40,774 bases of DNA from a virus (lineage: Duplodnaviria > Caudoviricetes), in IMG/VR virus record IMGVR_UViG_3300017903_002336, positions 1 through 40,774 of that record, one strand, 5' to 3'. Made by a program: the position numbers and the translations under genes. Shown one piece after another: positions 8,438 to 18,642 of this stretch (position 1 is its first letter; the number at the start of each line of letters is the position of its first letter). A model generated the notes under the pieces. That model searched no databases. It was not told where the DNA came from and worked only from the letters and a program-made list of their open reading frames with translations.

Positions 8438-9272
8438 TTTTCATCTCATCAAAGATTTTCATAATTCCAACATCAATATTAGTCTTGGGTAACCACCAAC
8501 CAAAGATATAATTATCTGCTTCATTTCTTTTGTCAAGTTGGACTGTATCTTTCGCTAAACCAGGTGAAATTTTGATTGGTCTATTGATTTTATTAAATTG
8601 TCCTTGAATCATATCAGCAATCTCTCTAATGGAAGTTGAATGGAAAGATGTGATATGTAGTGGATCTTCTGGTTTGAAGTCTGTGTAGTTCTCCATGATG
8701 GTCTCAAGGGCCTCACAGCAGTCTTCAGCATACAAGAACTGACGTTCTTCTGTACCATCAGTCATCATCTCAAAATCACCCTGCTCAAATCCCTTACGGA
8801 TGAAGTCAGTGATTACATGAGACTTCTCATAATCTTTTTCAATTCCATAAACATTCCAGAATTTTACAGTCAAACCGTTGAGGTTTGTGGTATACATTTC
8901 ACCAACTCTTTTCATCACACCATAGGGAGAGTGTGACATATTACTCATTTGAGATGATGCAAATACAAATCTCTTATTATATTTTTGAATAAGACCAAAT
9001 ACATTTACCATCATCCTGGCATTATTATTCAGAAACTGAAAAGTATGTTGATATTTTTTAAGATATCTTGATCCACCAACATCAAATGCCAGAAAGAAAA
9101 TAAAGTCTGCCTTCTCAATCTCACTCTCAAGATTGGCATTGGGAATTTGTGTGAGATCCATATCTTGATGTTTGACAATATCAAACTCAATGACTTCATG
9201 ATCTTTATTACGAAGATACTCTGTCAAGTATGCTCCAATCTGACCACTAGAACCTAAATTAAGAACCCTCAT
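8424..9272 (-). CDS. NAD-dependent epimerase/dehydratase
   Basis: GSSGQIG, YGVMK (YxxxK), NVYG. Confidence 0.9.
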   Translation of the reverse strand: MRVLNLGSSGQIGAYLTEYLRNKDHEVIEFDIVKHQDMDLTQIPNANLESEIEKADFIFFLAFDVGGSRYLKKYQHTFQFLNNNARMMVNVFGLIQKYNKRFVFASSQMSNMSHSPYGVMKRVGEMYTTNLNGLTVKFWNVYGIEKDYEKSHVITDFIRKGFEQGDFEMMTDGTEERQFLYAEDCCEALETIMENYTDFKPEDPLHITSFHSTSIREIADMIQGQFNKINRPIKISPGLAKDTVQLDKRNEADNYIFGWWLPKTNIDVGIMKIFDEMKNDWI

Positions 9273-10074
9273 TATATTTCCTCATATAATTTTGTTTTGA
9301 ATAGTATTCAATGAGTTGTTTTTTATTCATCCTCCGAATCTTATCCCACTCATCCATATTGGATTGCATGTGAGGATTAGTGAACCATGAGTTCTCTCCA
9401 CGAGAATGTTCAAGGTGATAAATGTAATCAGTTATTCTTCCTACTTTATAACCAAGCGTAGTATATCTATAATACCTTTCTTTGTCCTCTGGAGCATATG
9501 CCTTGAAGTTCTCGTTCTCTAAACCACCTTCAATATATACAGACTTTCTAAAAAATTGAACCCATCCATATTCAGAATCATGAATTTTTGAATTTGCTTT
9601 GAGAATTGAGTAATCATTCTCCTCCAAGAAATCTGATACTATTTCATCAGTTGCATTGACTTGATATTGATAATGACCCATACCATATGGATAGACAACA
9701 TCATAAGTTCCATTCATGATACTATCGTATGCAATTTTGTATGATTCGGTTGGAAGTATTGCATCACAATCGTAGTTCACCACAATCTCAGTATTAGATT
9801 CCATGATCATTTCATTTAGAACTTTTTGTCTATGAAATAATGGATCGTAACTTTGAACAAAGATATGTTTGAAATCTAAAGAGACTTCACAAATATCTTG
9901 TAAAATGGGAAAGGCATCCCTTGCAAAGATAGACTCTGAATCAACCTCCTTAATGATGATGTTGGTGTCAAAGTTTTCTTGAAGAAATGCCACTGTAGTG
10001 ATAACGTTTCTCAACCTATCAGGAGATTCAATCCTGATAGGAATAATAAAAGTCGCTTCTTTGAGGTCGATCAT
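9259..10074 (-). CDS. Glycosyltransferase, GT-A fold with GT7 C-terminal-like motif
   Basis: IIP, YDCD, GGLENENFKAYAPED, YHLEH. Confidence 0.82.
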   Translation of the reverse strand: MIDLKEATFIIPIRIESPDRLRNVITTVAFLQENFDTNIIIKEVDSESIFARDAFPILQDICEVSLDFKHIFVQSYDPLFHRQKVLNEMIMESNTEIVVNYDCDAILPTESYKIAYDSIMNGTYDVVYPYGMGHYQYQVNATDEIVSDFLEENDYSILKANSKIHDSEYGWVQFFRKSVYIEGGLENENFKAYAPEDKERYYRYTTLGYKVGRITDYIYHLEHSRGENSWFTNPHMQSNMDEWDKIRRMNKKQLIEYYSKQNYMRKYNEGS

Positions 10075-10967
10075 AATTGAGTTTGAATCCAATCAAGAAT
10101 ATTTACTTTGGGTCTCCAAGCAAGTTCTGTTTTTGCTTTACGAATATCAGCAAGGGTCTCTTTCATCTCGCCAGGTCTGGCTGAAAGAAAGACCTGATTA
10201 CTGTCAATGGCATTTGCAATTTCTCTGATGGACCAGTTTTCGCCATAACCAATATTATAGACTTCACCCCAGTTATCAAGTTCCTCAAAACTAATCATTG
10301 CATTTGCTGCAGCGACATCAGATACATGAATGAAATCACGACGTTGATTTCCATCCCCGTAAATTGTAAGAGGGAATCCTTCTCTCTTCATCTTCAAGAA
10401 CTTACTGACTGCTGGAGCATAAGTTCCTACGTGTCTTGCCCTCTCACCATAAACATTGGTATATCTAAATGCAACTGTCTTCATACCATAAAGACCATGA
10501 TACGCCTTGACCAATTGTTCACCAGAAAGTTTACCAATGGCATATGCATTGAGTGGGTCCTCTCTCATAATTTCAGTGTTAGGAATAGGGTTTCTATTTC
10601 CATATGCAGCAGAAGTAGAGGAGTATACAAACTTCTCTACTCCATGTTTACGTGCTGCTTCAAGAACATTGATAGTACCCATCACTTGAGTTTCAATGGT
10701 AGGAATGGGATTATCTACTGATGCCTGAACACTTGCCTTTGCTGCAAGGTGATAAACATAATCTACACCCTTAAAAACTTCTTCAATCCCACCATAGTGT
10801 CTGATGTCCAAATGATAATTTTTTGCATGACCATTCCAATAGTATTGATCGTGACCATCAGATGATTCATTATCAATCACAATGACCTTATGGCCTAAGT
10901 CAAGGAGTTTATCAACTACATGACTTCCAATGAATCCGGCACCCCCGGTTACAAGTGATGTTTTCAT
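10071..10967 (-). CDS. NAD-dependent epimerase (UDP-glucose 4-epimerase-like)
   Basis: VTGGAGFIGSH, HLAA, YAIGK, RDFIHV. Confidence 0.93.
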   Translation of the reverse strand: MKTSLVTGGAGFIGSHVVDKLLDLGHKVIVIDNESSDGHDQYYWNGHAKNYHLDIRHYGGIEEVFKGVDYVYHLAAKASVQASVDNPIPTIETQVMGTINVLEAARKHGVEKFVYSSTSAAYGNRNPIPNTEIMREDPLNAYAIGKLSGEQLVKAYHGLYGMKTVAFRYTNVYGERARHVGTYAPAVSKFLKMKREGFPLTIYGDGNQRRDFIHVSDVAAANAMISFEELDNWGEVYNIGYGENWSIREIANAIDSNQVFLSARPGEMKETLADIRKAKTELAWRPKVNILDWIQTQL

Positions 10968-11743
10968 AGTTTTTCAAAAATTTTATTGTGAAAAGAGTCT
11001 TCTACATTTGGTGGTTTTGGAATGATAACTCTAGACTTACAACCACTTAACCACCATGCAACTTCAGGAAATGTTGATGCGTAGGTACCCACAATGGTAT
11101 CACATTTAGATAAAAGCATCAAGTCAATCATTGCATCAACATTTGCTTGTGTTGAATGATTGTGGCCAGACTCTGCGAGATGTGGATGATTAAATCTGTC
11201 TTGAGTGTGAGTGATGATCCTATCACCAAACTCATCCCCAATTTGTTTTAATACATCTTTATTATCACCACACAAGAAAATCTTTTGAGTCTCATCTAAC
11301 CTATCAATGGTATCAATAAACAATTGGTTGTCATGCCAACGATGTCTATCACAATACCAAGACCTAATATGTAGTCCAATGGTAGGACCCCAGTCTTTGG
11401 TGAAGTCATTTACATAATTAATAATCTCTTGATTGATCTTCAAGTATGAGAATGCCTTCTTGTATTTTTCAATGAAGAACTTTGGAGTATTCTCATAAAG
11501 AAGATCAATATATTTGTACTCCTCACAATAGTTTCTTTCGTAATCCTGAATATCAAATCTCCAATGATCATACCCCGGATATACTCTGACTTGCTCCTCA
11601 CTTGCCAAGTCAATACTATCAAAGATATAAGAGTCTGCCTCTTTGACAGTCAGTGCTTGTTTATATGTGGTCAGAATTGATGCATATGTTTTGATTCTAT
11701 TTGCGAGACCTGGTGATCCTACATTCACTGCAACTTCAATCAT
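10964..11743 (-). CDS. Fucosyltransferase-like protein (NodZ/GT23-like)
   Basis: GLANRI, GLHIR, DLMLLSKCD, STF. Confidence 0.72.
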   Translation of the reverse strand: MIEVAVNVGSPGLANRIKTYASILTTYKQALTVKEADSYIFDSIDLASEEQVRVYPGYDHWRFDIQDYERNYCEEYKYIDLLYENTPKFFIEKYKKAFSYLKINQEIINYVNDFTKDWGPTIGLHIRSWYCDRHRWHDNQLFIDTIDRLDETQKIFLCGDNKDVLKQIGDEFGDRIITHTQDRFNHPHLAESGHNHSTQANVDAMIDLMLLSKCDTIVGTYASTFPEVAWWLSGCKSRVIIPKPPNVEDSFHNKIFEKL

Positions 11744-12546
11744 GACTTAATTACCTCCCATGTATCAGGAATAAGATCTTTTGTGCTGATATGTTTTAGA
11801 CCCTCACCATACCATGTATCAGGAGCAATGACACGTTTTTCTTTATTTTGTGACAAGTATGCACCCCACCACGAGAATGTTGAGTTTGAAATAATGTGAT
11901 CAGTACACTTGGATAAGAGACACAAATCAAAGTGTGACTTATCTACATCAACCGTAATGTCATTAAAGTAGAAGTTATCACCTTTGAATACATTCTGTTC
12001 CATACACAACTGTAAATTATTTGAACAGATGATATATGGTCTATCTTTACCCACCATCTCAATGGCTCTCTCCCAATATTCCCAAGGAAGATTACAATGA
12101 TTATTTGATGCACCTGGATAATCAAAATGATTATTATATTCTCTCACACAAATTGAGACTGGACTTTGATCTAGAATATCTCCCCATTTATAATCTACAG
12201 CATTAATGACTGGTTCTTTAAATCTAAAGTCCCATTTCAATTGTCTCCATGCATCTTTGAAATATTTTTCACTTTGAAAATATCCATTAAGATGAATATG
12301 GTTTGGACAGTCATTGTATAACTCCTCACAAAACTCATGTGAGTCATGAAGTTCTACCTCGTTTCCATCGATTGTTCCAAACCTACCTCCACAGTGAAGC
12401 ATTTCAAAACAATTACTGAGTTCTTGATTTTCTGGAATTACAAAATCATATCCTTTGTTTTTTGCGATACCAACAAGTGCGGCATACTGAAACATCTGAT
12501 TACCAATTCTTCCATTCCTCCCCAAGTTATTCATACCAATGGTCAT
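11740..12546 (-). CDS. GT11 glycosyltransferase
   Basis: GRIGNQMFQYA, GYFQSEKYF, NSTFSWWGAY; HxRRGD replaced by CVREYN. Confidence 0.88.
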   Translation of the reverse strand: MTIGMNNLGRNGRIGNQMFQYAALVGIAKNKGYDFVIPENQELSNCFEMLHCGGRFGTIDGNEVELHDSHEFCEELYNDCPNHIHLNGYFQSEKYFKDAWRQLKWDFRFKEPVINAVDYKWGDILDQSPVSICVREYNNHFDYPGASNNHCNLPWEYWERAIEMVGKDRPYIICSNNLQLCMEQNVFKGDNFYFNDITVDVDKSHFDLCLLSKCTDHIISNSTFSWWGAYLSQNKEKRVIAPDTWYGEGLKHISTKDLIPDTWEVIKS

Positions 12547-13370
12547 AATTCAATCTCCTTATTTTGTTCTGCCAGTGTTGTATCAGTAATATCACCTACA
12601 TCAAGTGAATAGAAAGTATGCCAACCTCTCGCATTATTCGAGTACCAATTATTTAGAGCACCTCTTGTCATCTTAATTTTCTCCCAGAACTCTCGTGATT
12701 GAATCTGGTAATGTGCATTCAGAAGTTCGGGATCATCTGGTCTACCAATAAATGATAAGTTGGTACCACGTCCACCTGTACGAATTTCGTGAATATTAAA
12801 AGATTGAACACCAAAACTTGTATTTGCAATTTGTTTAGGTGCATATAAGCAAAACCATTCAGGTTCTTCTTGACCATTTATTGCATTACGAGATCTATGT
12901 GTCATCCAAACCCGGTCTCCATACTCAGCGCGAGAAGTAAAATTCTGAACCAAACCACCAGTAGGATGATGAAGATGATCATTACTATTGAACCATACCC
13001 AGTTGGTTTCAACCGCTCCATAACTCTCATACTTACGTAAAATTTCTTTCAAGTCTACACACTTTGGACTATAGAGAAATTCATCAAGGTCAACTTGGGC
13101 AATCCATTGTGTCTCACTACAAATAGGTAAGAAAAATCTATTATTCACATCAACCTGTCTACCAGTATATCTCTCTGTGATGTTATTTTGAAAGAGTGTG
13201 ACAAAACCTTCACGAATAAAGGGTTCCAAAATAGGAAGATAATCATCATCACTAAAGTCATTGACCAGATAGATATGATCAACACCATGATGTTTGTAAT
13301 GTAATACCCACTCTTTCAGATTCCAACTTTCATTTTTGAAGACTGATGCGACTGACAGATAGTGTTTCAT
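12543..13370 (-). CDS. Glycosyltransferase family 92-like
   Basis: FKNE..LKEWVLHY...GVDHIY, DLDEFL, HYQ.QSRE. Confidence 0.85.
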   Translation of the reverse strand: MKHYLSVASVFKNESWNLKEWVLHYKHHGVDHIYLVNDFSDDDYLPILEPFIREGFVTLFQNNITERYTGRQVDVNNRFFLPICSETQWIAQVDLDEFLYSPKCVDLKEILRKYESYGAVETNWVWFNSNDHLHHPTGGLVQNFTSRAEYGDRVWMTHRSRNAINGQEEPEWFCLYAPKQIANTSFGVQSFNIHEIRTGGRGTNLSFIGRPDDPELLNAHYQIQSREFWEKIKMTRGALNNWYSNNARGWHTFYSLDVGDITDTTLAEQNKEIEL

Positions 13371-14080
13371 AATGTGATACCGTGTTTCTTCCTACAATAA
13401 ACAAATTCTTTTTGGACTTCCTCATCACTAATAGTAGATGACAGAGCATCTGCATTCACCCTTTGAGTAATCATACATTCATTTAAGTATATACAATCAC
13501 CATACTTTGATCTTAATGAATAGTAGAAATCCACATCCATCAACATACATGTATTGGGATCCCATCTTACATCCATATTTTTATTTTTATAAGAGATAAC
13601 AGATACACCACTCATTGTGTTATTACCTCTTGACCTCAACATATTATCATTCCATCTTGGCATAAGATAAGTATCAAAGGTCTTTCCATTATCTCTCGTG
13701 TGATTAGTTCCACAAACCAACCACATCTTATCAGAATTCATCAGAGCATTGTATGTCTTCTCTAATGCATCTTTGGTAAAAAAGTAGTCATCCATATACA
13801 TCATCTTTACAACCTTACCCGTGGCAAGACTCATTCCAAGATTTTTATTAGAAGAAGCATTACCTCTGTCCTTTTTATTTTTAAGATAACAAATATTCAG
13901 ATCAAAGATATTATCCATACAAAAATCTTGAATATTATTATCAATACTATGGTCAGTGATAATAACTTCTACTTCTCGAATTGTTTGTTGAGAGATGGTA
14001 CGAAACATATCAGAAAGATATCTGACACCCTTACCACCATATTCATAACAAGGGATGACAACAGATACCTTTACTTCCAT
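13367..14080 (-). CDS. Glycosyltransferase family 2
   Basis: VSVVIPCYE, DHS.D, NKNLG, MDD. Confidence 0.9.
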   Translation of the reverse strand: MEVKVSVVIPCYEYGGKGVRYLSDMFRTISQQTIREVEVIITDHSIDNNIQDFCMDNIFDLNICYLKNKKDRGNASSNKNLGMSLATGKVVKMMYMDDYFFTKDALEKTYNALMNSDKMWLVCGTNHTRDNGKTFDTYLMPRWNDNMLRSRGNNTMSGVSVISYKNKNMDVRWDPNTCMLMDVDFYYSLRSKYGDCIYLNECMITQRVNADALSSTISDEEVQKEFVYCRKKHGITL

Positions 14081-14754
14081 ACTTTGACACCTGCACTGAT
14101 ACCATCTTCGAAGATTTCAAATTTGTATCCGTGTTTAGTCAACCACTCTCTAAATGCTTTTCTCTCATGATGATCATAGTCAGGTTCATGACCATGCCAA
14201 TCATCAAATCGGAAATATAGTTGATCCCATTCGCACTTATCAATAAACTTAAATGCTGAGACAGTTGGTTCGTAAATATCAAGATCAATATGAACAGCCC
14301 CAATCTTACTAATACCAAAATCGGATGGTTCTTTATCTACCATCTCATGAACATCTTCGACAAAGATTTTGATATTGGGGGATACAGAACACTTCTTCTT
14401 TACATCCTCAACTGTTTTAGGAATCCATGTATATGAGGGATCACCAATACGAAATGCACCTTCTGCCCAACCAGCATAGGATGGTGTGGGTTGCTGAGTG
14501 ACCTCTAATCCCTTGAAGTGATCAAACCCATAAACCTTACGTGATGGGTTCTTCTGTCCAATAGGGAGGATTGTACCCCCACTACAGACACCAAACTCTA
14601 GAATATCCCCTTCTCCTCCTAACTCACCAATCCTTTCTGCAAAAGTAACATGGTTGAGTGTATATGATGCTGTGTTATTATCTGTTCTCTTTGGACCTTC
14701 AGGAAACACATTGTCTACCTCCACAAAGGAGGGAGCATTATAAACAAATGACAT
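14071..14754 (-). CDS. TylF/MycF-like class I SAM-dependent O-methyltransferase
   Basis: LEFGVCSG, GFDHFKGL, VHIDLDIYEPT, FDDW; start set at MSFVY. Confidence 0.82.
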   Translation of the reverse strand: MSFVYNAPSFVEVDNVFPEGPKRTDNNTASYTLNHVTFAERIGELGGEGDILEFGVCSGGTILPIGQKNPSRKVYGFDHFKGLEVTQQPTPSYAGWAEGAFRIGDPSYTWIPKTVEDVKKKCSVSPNIKIFVEDVHEMVDKEPSDFGISKIGAVHIDLDIYEPTVSAFKFIDKCEWDQLYFRFDDWHGHEPDYDHHERKAFREWLTKHGYKFEIFEDGISAGVKVWK

Positions 14755-14776
14755 AGTAATAATGAATCTGGTGTAT

Positions 14777-15496
14777 TTATCGGGGGTTGAACCCTTCCAC
14801 ATGTACTCCTTGTGGAAGATTATTATGGAAACCAAATGGTATTATACCTTGATTTTCAGGAACTGGTGTCTCGTATGAAAAGAATCTTGCAACTTCAATT
14901 GGTGCAATTTTACAACCAGCTTCTTCAAATAAGTGTTTGTTATGGACAGTAATATTACCATCCTCATTTGTATTTTTACTACCAAACATTTTATAAAAAT
15001 CAGGTTGTTCAGCAACTCTGAATGGAATGTTTTTGTGTAAAGGAACTTCTAATAACTTTTTTGACCTGAATGAGAAACCGCCATTACCTACCCTTTGATG
15101 TTCTCCGAATGGAGTGATGTAGGCTCTATCTCTGTATGGCCATGGGGCTCCGATGTAATCGTATTCAAAAAAGACTTCACGCCAAGAATCAGGATTAATA
15201 ATGAAAGCGTGGTCCTGGACAAGGAGGACATAATCAGTTTGTATATGTTGGTGTAAATGATAGATGATATAGTAACTATACTCATCAATGTTTGTCAATG
15301 GAGCAACTTGCTCTTCTACTAAAATACCATCAGTGGCACATTCATCTTTGTACTTATCAACAAACTCTAGAGTGGTAACTAATTTTACCTCTCCAAAGTT
15401 TGCGAAGTTCATACAAGTGTGAAGTGCACTGATGGTTTCGTCTATTCTATTTGTATTGTCAATCGCAAAGCATGTAACTCTGGATAGATCAAGCAT
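14777..15496 (-). CDS. DUF5672-like putative glycosyltransferase
   Basis: QD.FI, YDYIGAPW, VGNGGFSFRSKK, NED, FGFH. Confidence 0.8.
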   Translation of the reverse strand: MLDLSRVTCFAIDNTNRIDETISALHTCMNFANFGEVKLVTTLEFVDKYKDECATDGILVEEQVAPLTNIDEYSYYIIYHLHQHIQTDYVLLVQDHAFIINPDSWREVFFEYDYIGAPWPYRDRAYITPFGEHQRVGNGGFSFRSKKLLEVPLHKNIPFRVAEQPDFYKMFGSKNTNEDGNITVHNKHLFEEAGCKIAPIEVARFFSYETPVPENQGIIPFGFHNNLPQGVHVEGFNPR

Positions 15497-16784
15497 TTTT
15501 GAATTCCTCTACTACCTCTCCGATATAGTCTATCATATCATCAGTAATTACAGGTGAACATCCAAGGAAGAATACAGTATTGAGAACCTTGTTCGCTTCA
15601 GGATACTTCATGGCATCATCCAGATGTGAGTATCCAGGATGAAGAAGGATATTACCAGCAAAGTAATTACGCGTCTGAACTTTATTTTTCTCAAGATGTG
15701 CAACAAGAGAGTGTTTCAGTTTCTTGTCATCACAAAGAATAGGAACACCAAACCAACTGGTCTCACTATCTTCCCTTTCATTCACAACACGACAACCAGG
15801 AATTGTCTCAATAATTTTTTTTTTTTTTTTTTTATTGTTTCTTCTCAACTGATGAATCTCATCAAACTTAAGAAGTTGAACTGAACCTACTGCACCCTGC
15901 ATATCAAGTGGTTTGAGATTGTATCCCATCTGTGAGAACACATACTTGTGATCTACAACATCTTCATATCCATCTAACCAGGTATCAAATCTACGACCAC
16001 ATACACCATTTGAGAGAAGATTCTGTTGTCCAACACAATAACAACCACGACCCCACCAAGCAAAACTACGAGCAAGATCTACAACACCTTTGATGTTGGA
16101 CGAGACCATACCACCTTCAATGGTACAGATGTGGTGTGCAGGATAGAAAGAACATGATGCAGCAACTGCATGTTTGGTGAGATAGTCTCCCTTGTACTTA
16201 CTACCAAGACTGTCACAGTTATCAGCAATGATATGAATGTCTTTAGACTTACATAACTCTACAAGTCTATCCATATCATAGGCATTACCTAGAACAGGAG
16301 AGGAGAATACTGCACGTGTTCTAGATGTAATTTTCTCCTCTACCTGGTTCATATCCCAGTTGAGATCATCCCATGTAATATCAACAAACACTGGTTTGAG
16401 ATTGTTTTGAACAAGTGGTGCAATTGTAGTAGCAAAACCACATGAACATACAATAACTTCATCACCATCTTCCCATCCAAAGTATTTCTTCAGGGCAGCA
16501 ATCATTACCAGGTTTGCAGATGAACCAGAGTTCACCATAACAGAATAATCAAAGTCAAACCTATTAGAGAATTCCTTCTCAAATTTGTTTACCTTCTCAC
16601 CAGAAGATAACCACTTGCCTTTTAGTGTGGCATAGATAAGTTCTTGAATCTCCAGATCATTCCAATATGGACCAGAGTAGTAGACATTATTGCCTGGCTT
16701 CCAATCCTTGTTAGCCATGAAGGGAAAGACATTATCGTCCATCTCTTTGGCTTTTTGGATGAAGTTCTCAATCAGTTGGTACAT
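15489..16784 (-). CDS. rfbH: RfbH/E1-like NDP-4-keto-6-deoxyhexose 3-dehydratase (DegT/DnrJ fold)
   Basis: NSGSSANL, SFYPAHHI (His at the usual Lys position), Cys pattern C-X57-C-X-C-X11-C, GYNLKP. Confidence 0.85.
   Translation of the reverse strand: MYQLIENFIQKAKEMDDNVFPFMANKDWKPGNNVYYSGPYWNDLEIQELIYATLKGKWLSSGEKVNKFEKEFSNRFDFDYSVMVNSGSSANLVMIAALKKYFGWEDGDEVIVCSCGFATTIAPLVQNNLKPVFVDITWDDLNWDMNQVEEKITSRTRAVFSSPVLGNAYDMDRLVELCKSKDIHIIADNCDSLGSKYKGDYLTKHAVAASCSFYPAHHICTIEGGMVSSNIKGVVDLARSFAWWGRGCYCVGQQNLLSNGVCGRRFDTWLDGYEDVVDHKYVFSQMGYNLKPLDMQGAVGSVQLLKFDEIHQLRRNNKKKKKKIIETIPGCRVVNEREDSETSWFGVPILCDDKKLKHSLVAHLEKNKVQTRNYFAGNILLHPGYSHLDDAMKYPEANKVLNTVFFLGCSPVITDDMIDYIGEVVEEFKNA
15815..15833. 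repeat. 19-nt homopolymer (poly-A on coding strand)
   Basis: T19 on plus strand; encodes K6 in frame. Confidence 0.95.
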
Positions 16785-16785
16785 A

Positions 16786-17760
16786 TTATTCTACAGTTAG
16801 ATTTCTAGTATACATTGGACTCTTAATCCTGTAAACATCCCATTCCTTCTCACACTCAGGTCCAGTGAACTCCCTACCATCTCTATCGATGTAGTCCCAA
16901 GTTGGTACAATCATATCATCACCACGCCACCATCCATCAGATGTCTTGTGGTCAAACCAATACTTTGGAGCAATTACTTTCTTTACTTTTTCACTTGTCC
17001 ATACAGGCCAGAAAGAAAATGTCGATGCCGACATAATTACATTCCTAGCATTATATAGGATCGACCAATCAACCCCAATATTACCACCTTTGTACTTGAA
17101 GAATCCGGTACCCTGTTCAATATCTTCCTGTTCAGATAGTGTTGTAGCACCTACAACTTTTGCCCAGGGAATAAACTTCTGTGCATTGGGAGGGTCATCA
17201 GTTACAACAACAAACTTCATGTTTGGATTGTATTCCAACATTCTATCTCTTGCATCCTCATAGAACTTTGGTTCCAACCATGATGCAGTAATCAAATACT
17301 CACCACCACGGAAGTGAATGACACATATATCATCATCAGAATACTCTTGGACATTCACATTGTGTGACAACCACTGACGAATGTCTTCCTTTCTTCCATC
17401 AAGATAAGTTAAACATTGAAAAAGACCATCAATCTTCGAATTATCTGGTAAGTTATTCCATAAATTATGATCAAAGAAGATACCATCATGACCACATTGT
17501 GGAAGAGGAATAGACCTTTCACGAATATAGTGTTCAATACCCTGTGGTAAAGATGCAGGTTGTTGTCCCTCTCTTGGAGTAGATCCACCTACTACTTCTT
17601 CCCCAAAATAAAAGTTGGGCATAAAGTTTTTTGCCTTGAATGGAGTTGACTTTTTGACACCCCACTTATACCCATGTCTTTCTGCAAGAATGCGTGATAC
17701 AACAAGGTTCCAGATTTGATTTCCAAGTCCAGAACCTCTGTAGATTTCAGTTACAATCAT
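16786..17760 (-). CDS. GT11-like glycosyltransferase
   Basis: GLGNQ, HFRGGEY, VVTDD, STFSFW, IAPKYW. Confidence 0.8.
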   Translation of the reverse strand: MIVTEIYRGSGLGNQIWNLVVSRILAERHGYKWGVKKSTPFKAKNFMPNFYFGEEVVGGSTPREGQQPASLPQGIEHYIRERSIPLPQCGHDGIFFDHNLWNNLPDNSKIDGLFQCLTYLDGRKEDIRQWLSHNVNVQEYSDDDICVIHFRGGEYLITASWLEPKFYEDARDRMLEYNPNMKFVVVTDDPPNAQKFIPWAKVVGATTLSEQEDIEQGTGFFKYKGGNIGVDWSILYNARNVIMSASTFSFWPVWTSEKVKKVIAPKYWFDHKTSDGWWRGDDMIVPTWDYIDRDGREFTGPECEKEWDVYRIKSPMYTRNLTVE

Positions 17761-18641
17761 TTGATAAGATAAGAATACTTTTCTTGATTATCCAGAAGAT
17801 ACTGAGGGAACCTATCTTCATCAAAGTGTGTCACACAATATGAAGCATTGTCTTGACCTAATGGAGATCTACCATCTTTTAGTCTTTGTTCCAACTCCCC
17901 AATTAGTTTTTCATTATTGAGTTCAGTATGTGCAGAGGACTTGATCTTCTTCATGACTCGTTCATACATACTACACTCTTCATCACTTCCCACTGTACTC
18001 CAATGCCAACCACCTGGATAGATCCTAAGGTTCTTCTCTTGGGGAAGTTCACGTCTGACAGAAGTGAGTGAATACTTTTTGAGTGTTCCAAAGTTACACA
18101 TCTTTGTACCAATCCAACGTGGTCCCTCCTCTTCAAAGGAGAAGTCCTTTGTTTGTGAAGTGATTGTACCTGATGTCTCAAACCAATTCAATGCTGCTTG
18201 ATAATTATCTTGTGCAAAGTTGTAAACAGTATTGTTTTCAAAGAAGTCTTTGATATTCTCAACCACCTCAGGATTAGGAACCTCATCCAGATCACTCCAG
18301 AGGATAATGTCCTCATCAGAACAATGTTCTTTTAGGACATCCATGATGCTGTCCTTGTAAAAGGTATCTCTCATGAAACTTTCTCGTTTCACATTATACT
18401 CAATACCCTTATCCTGAAGTTGATCCTTGGTTGGTTCTTTGATCTTTGTGTAGATGATTTTATCTGCAAACTTCTTAAACCTTTTATCCTTATTATTGAA
18501 TAAAAATCCCTTATCTTCACCAGAGAAGGTCTTAGAACCTTCACTGAATACAAAGTAATCAACATAAGGATCAAGAATATTCATTCTGATCTCAAGAAGA
18601 TCAAGTTCATAACCAAAAAGAAATACATCAAATACTTTCAT
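17757..18641 (-). CDS. GT17-like N-acetylglucosaminyltransferase
   Basis: ELDLLEIR, VDYFV..E, SDLDEVP, GGWHWS. Confidence 0.87.
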   Translation of the reverse strand: MKVFDVFLFGYELDLLEIRMNILDPYVDYFVFSEGSKTFSGEDKGFLFNNKDKRFKKFADKIIYTKIKEPTKDQLQDKGIEYNVKRESFMRDTFYKDSIMDVLKEHCSDEDIILWSDLDEVPNPEVVENIKDFFENNTVYNFAQDNYQAALNWFETSGTITSQTKDFSFEEEGPRWIGTKMCNFGTLKKYSLTSVRRELPQEKNLRIYPGGWHWSTVGSDEECSMYERVMKKIKSSAHTELNNEKLIGELEQRLKDGRSPLGQDNASYCVTHFDEDRFPQYLLDNQEKYSYLIK

Positions 18642-18642
18642 A

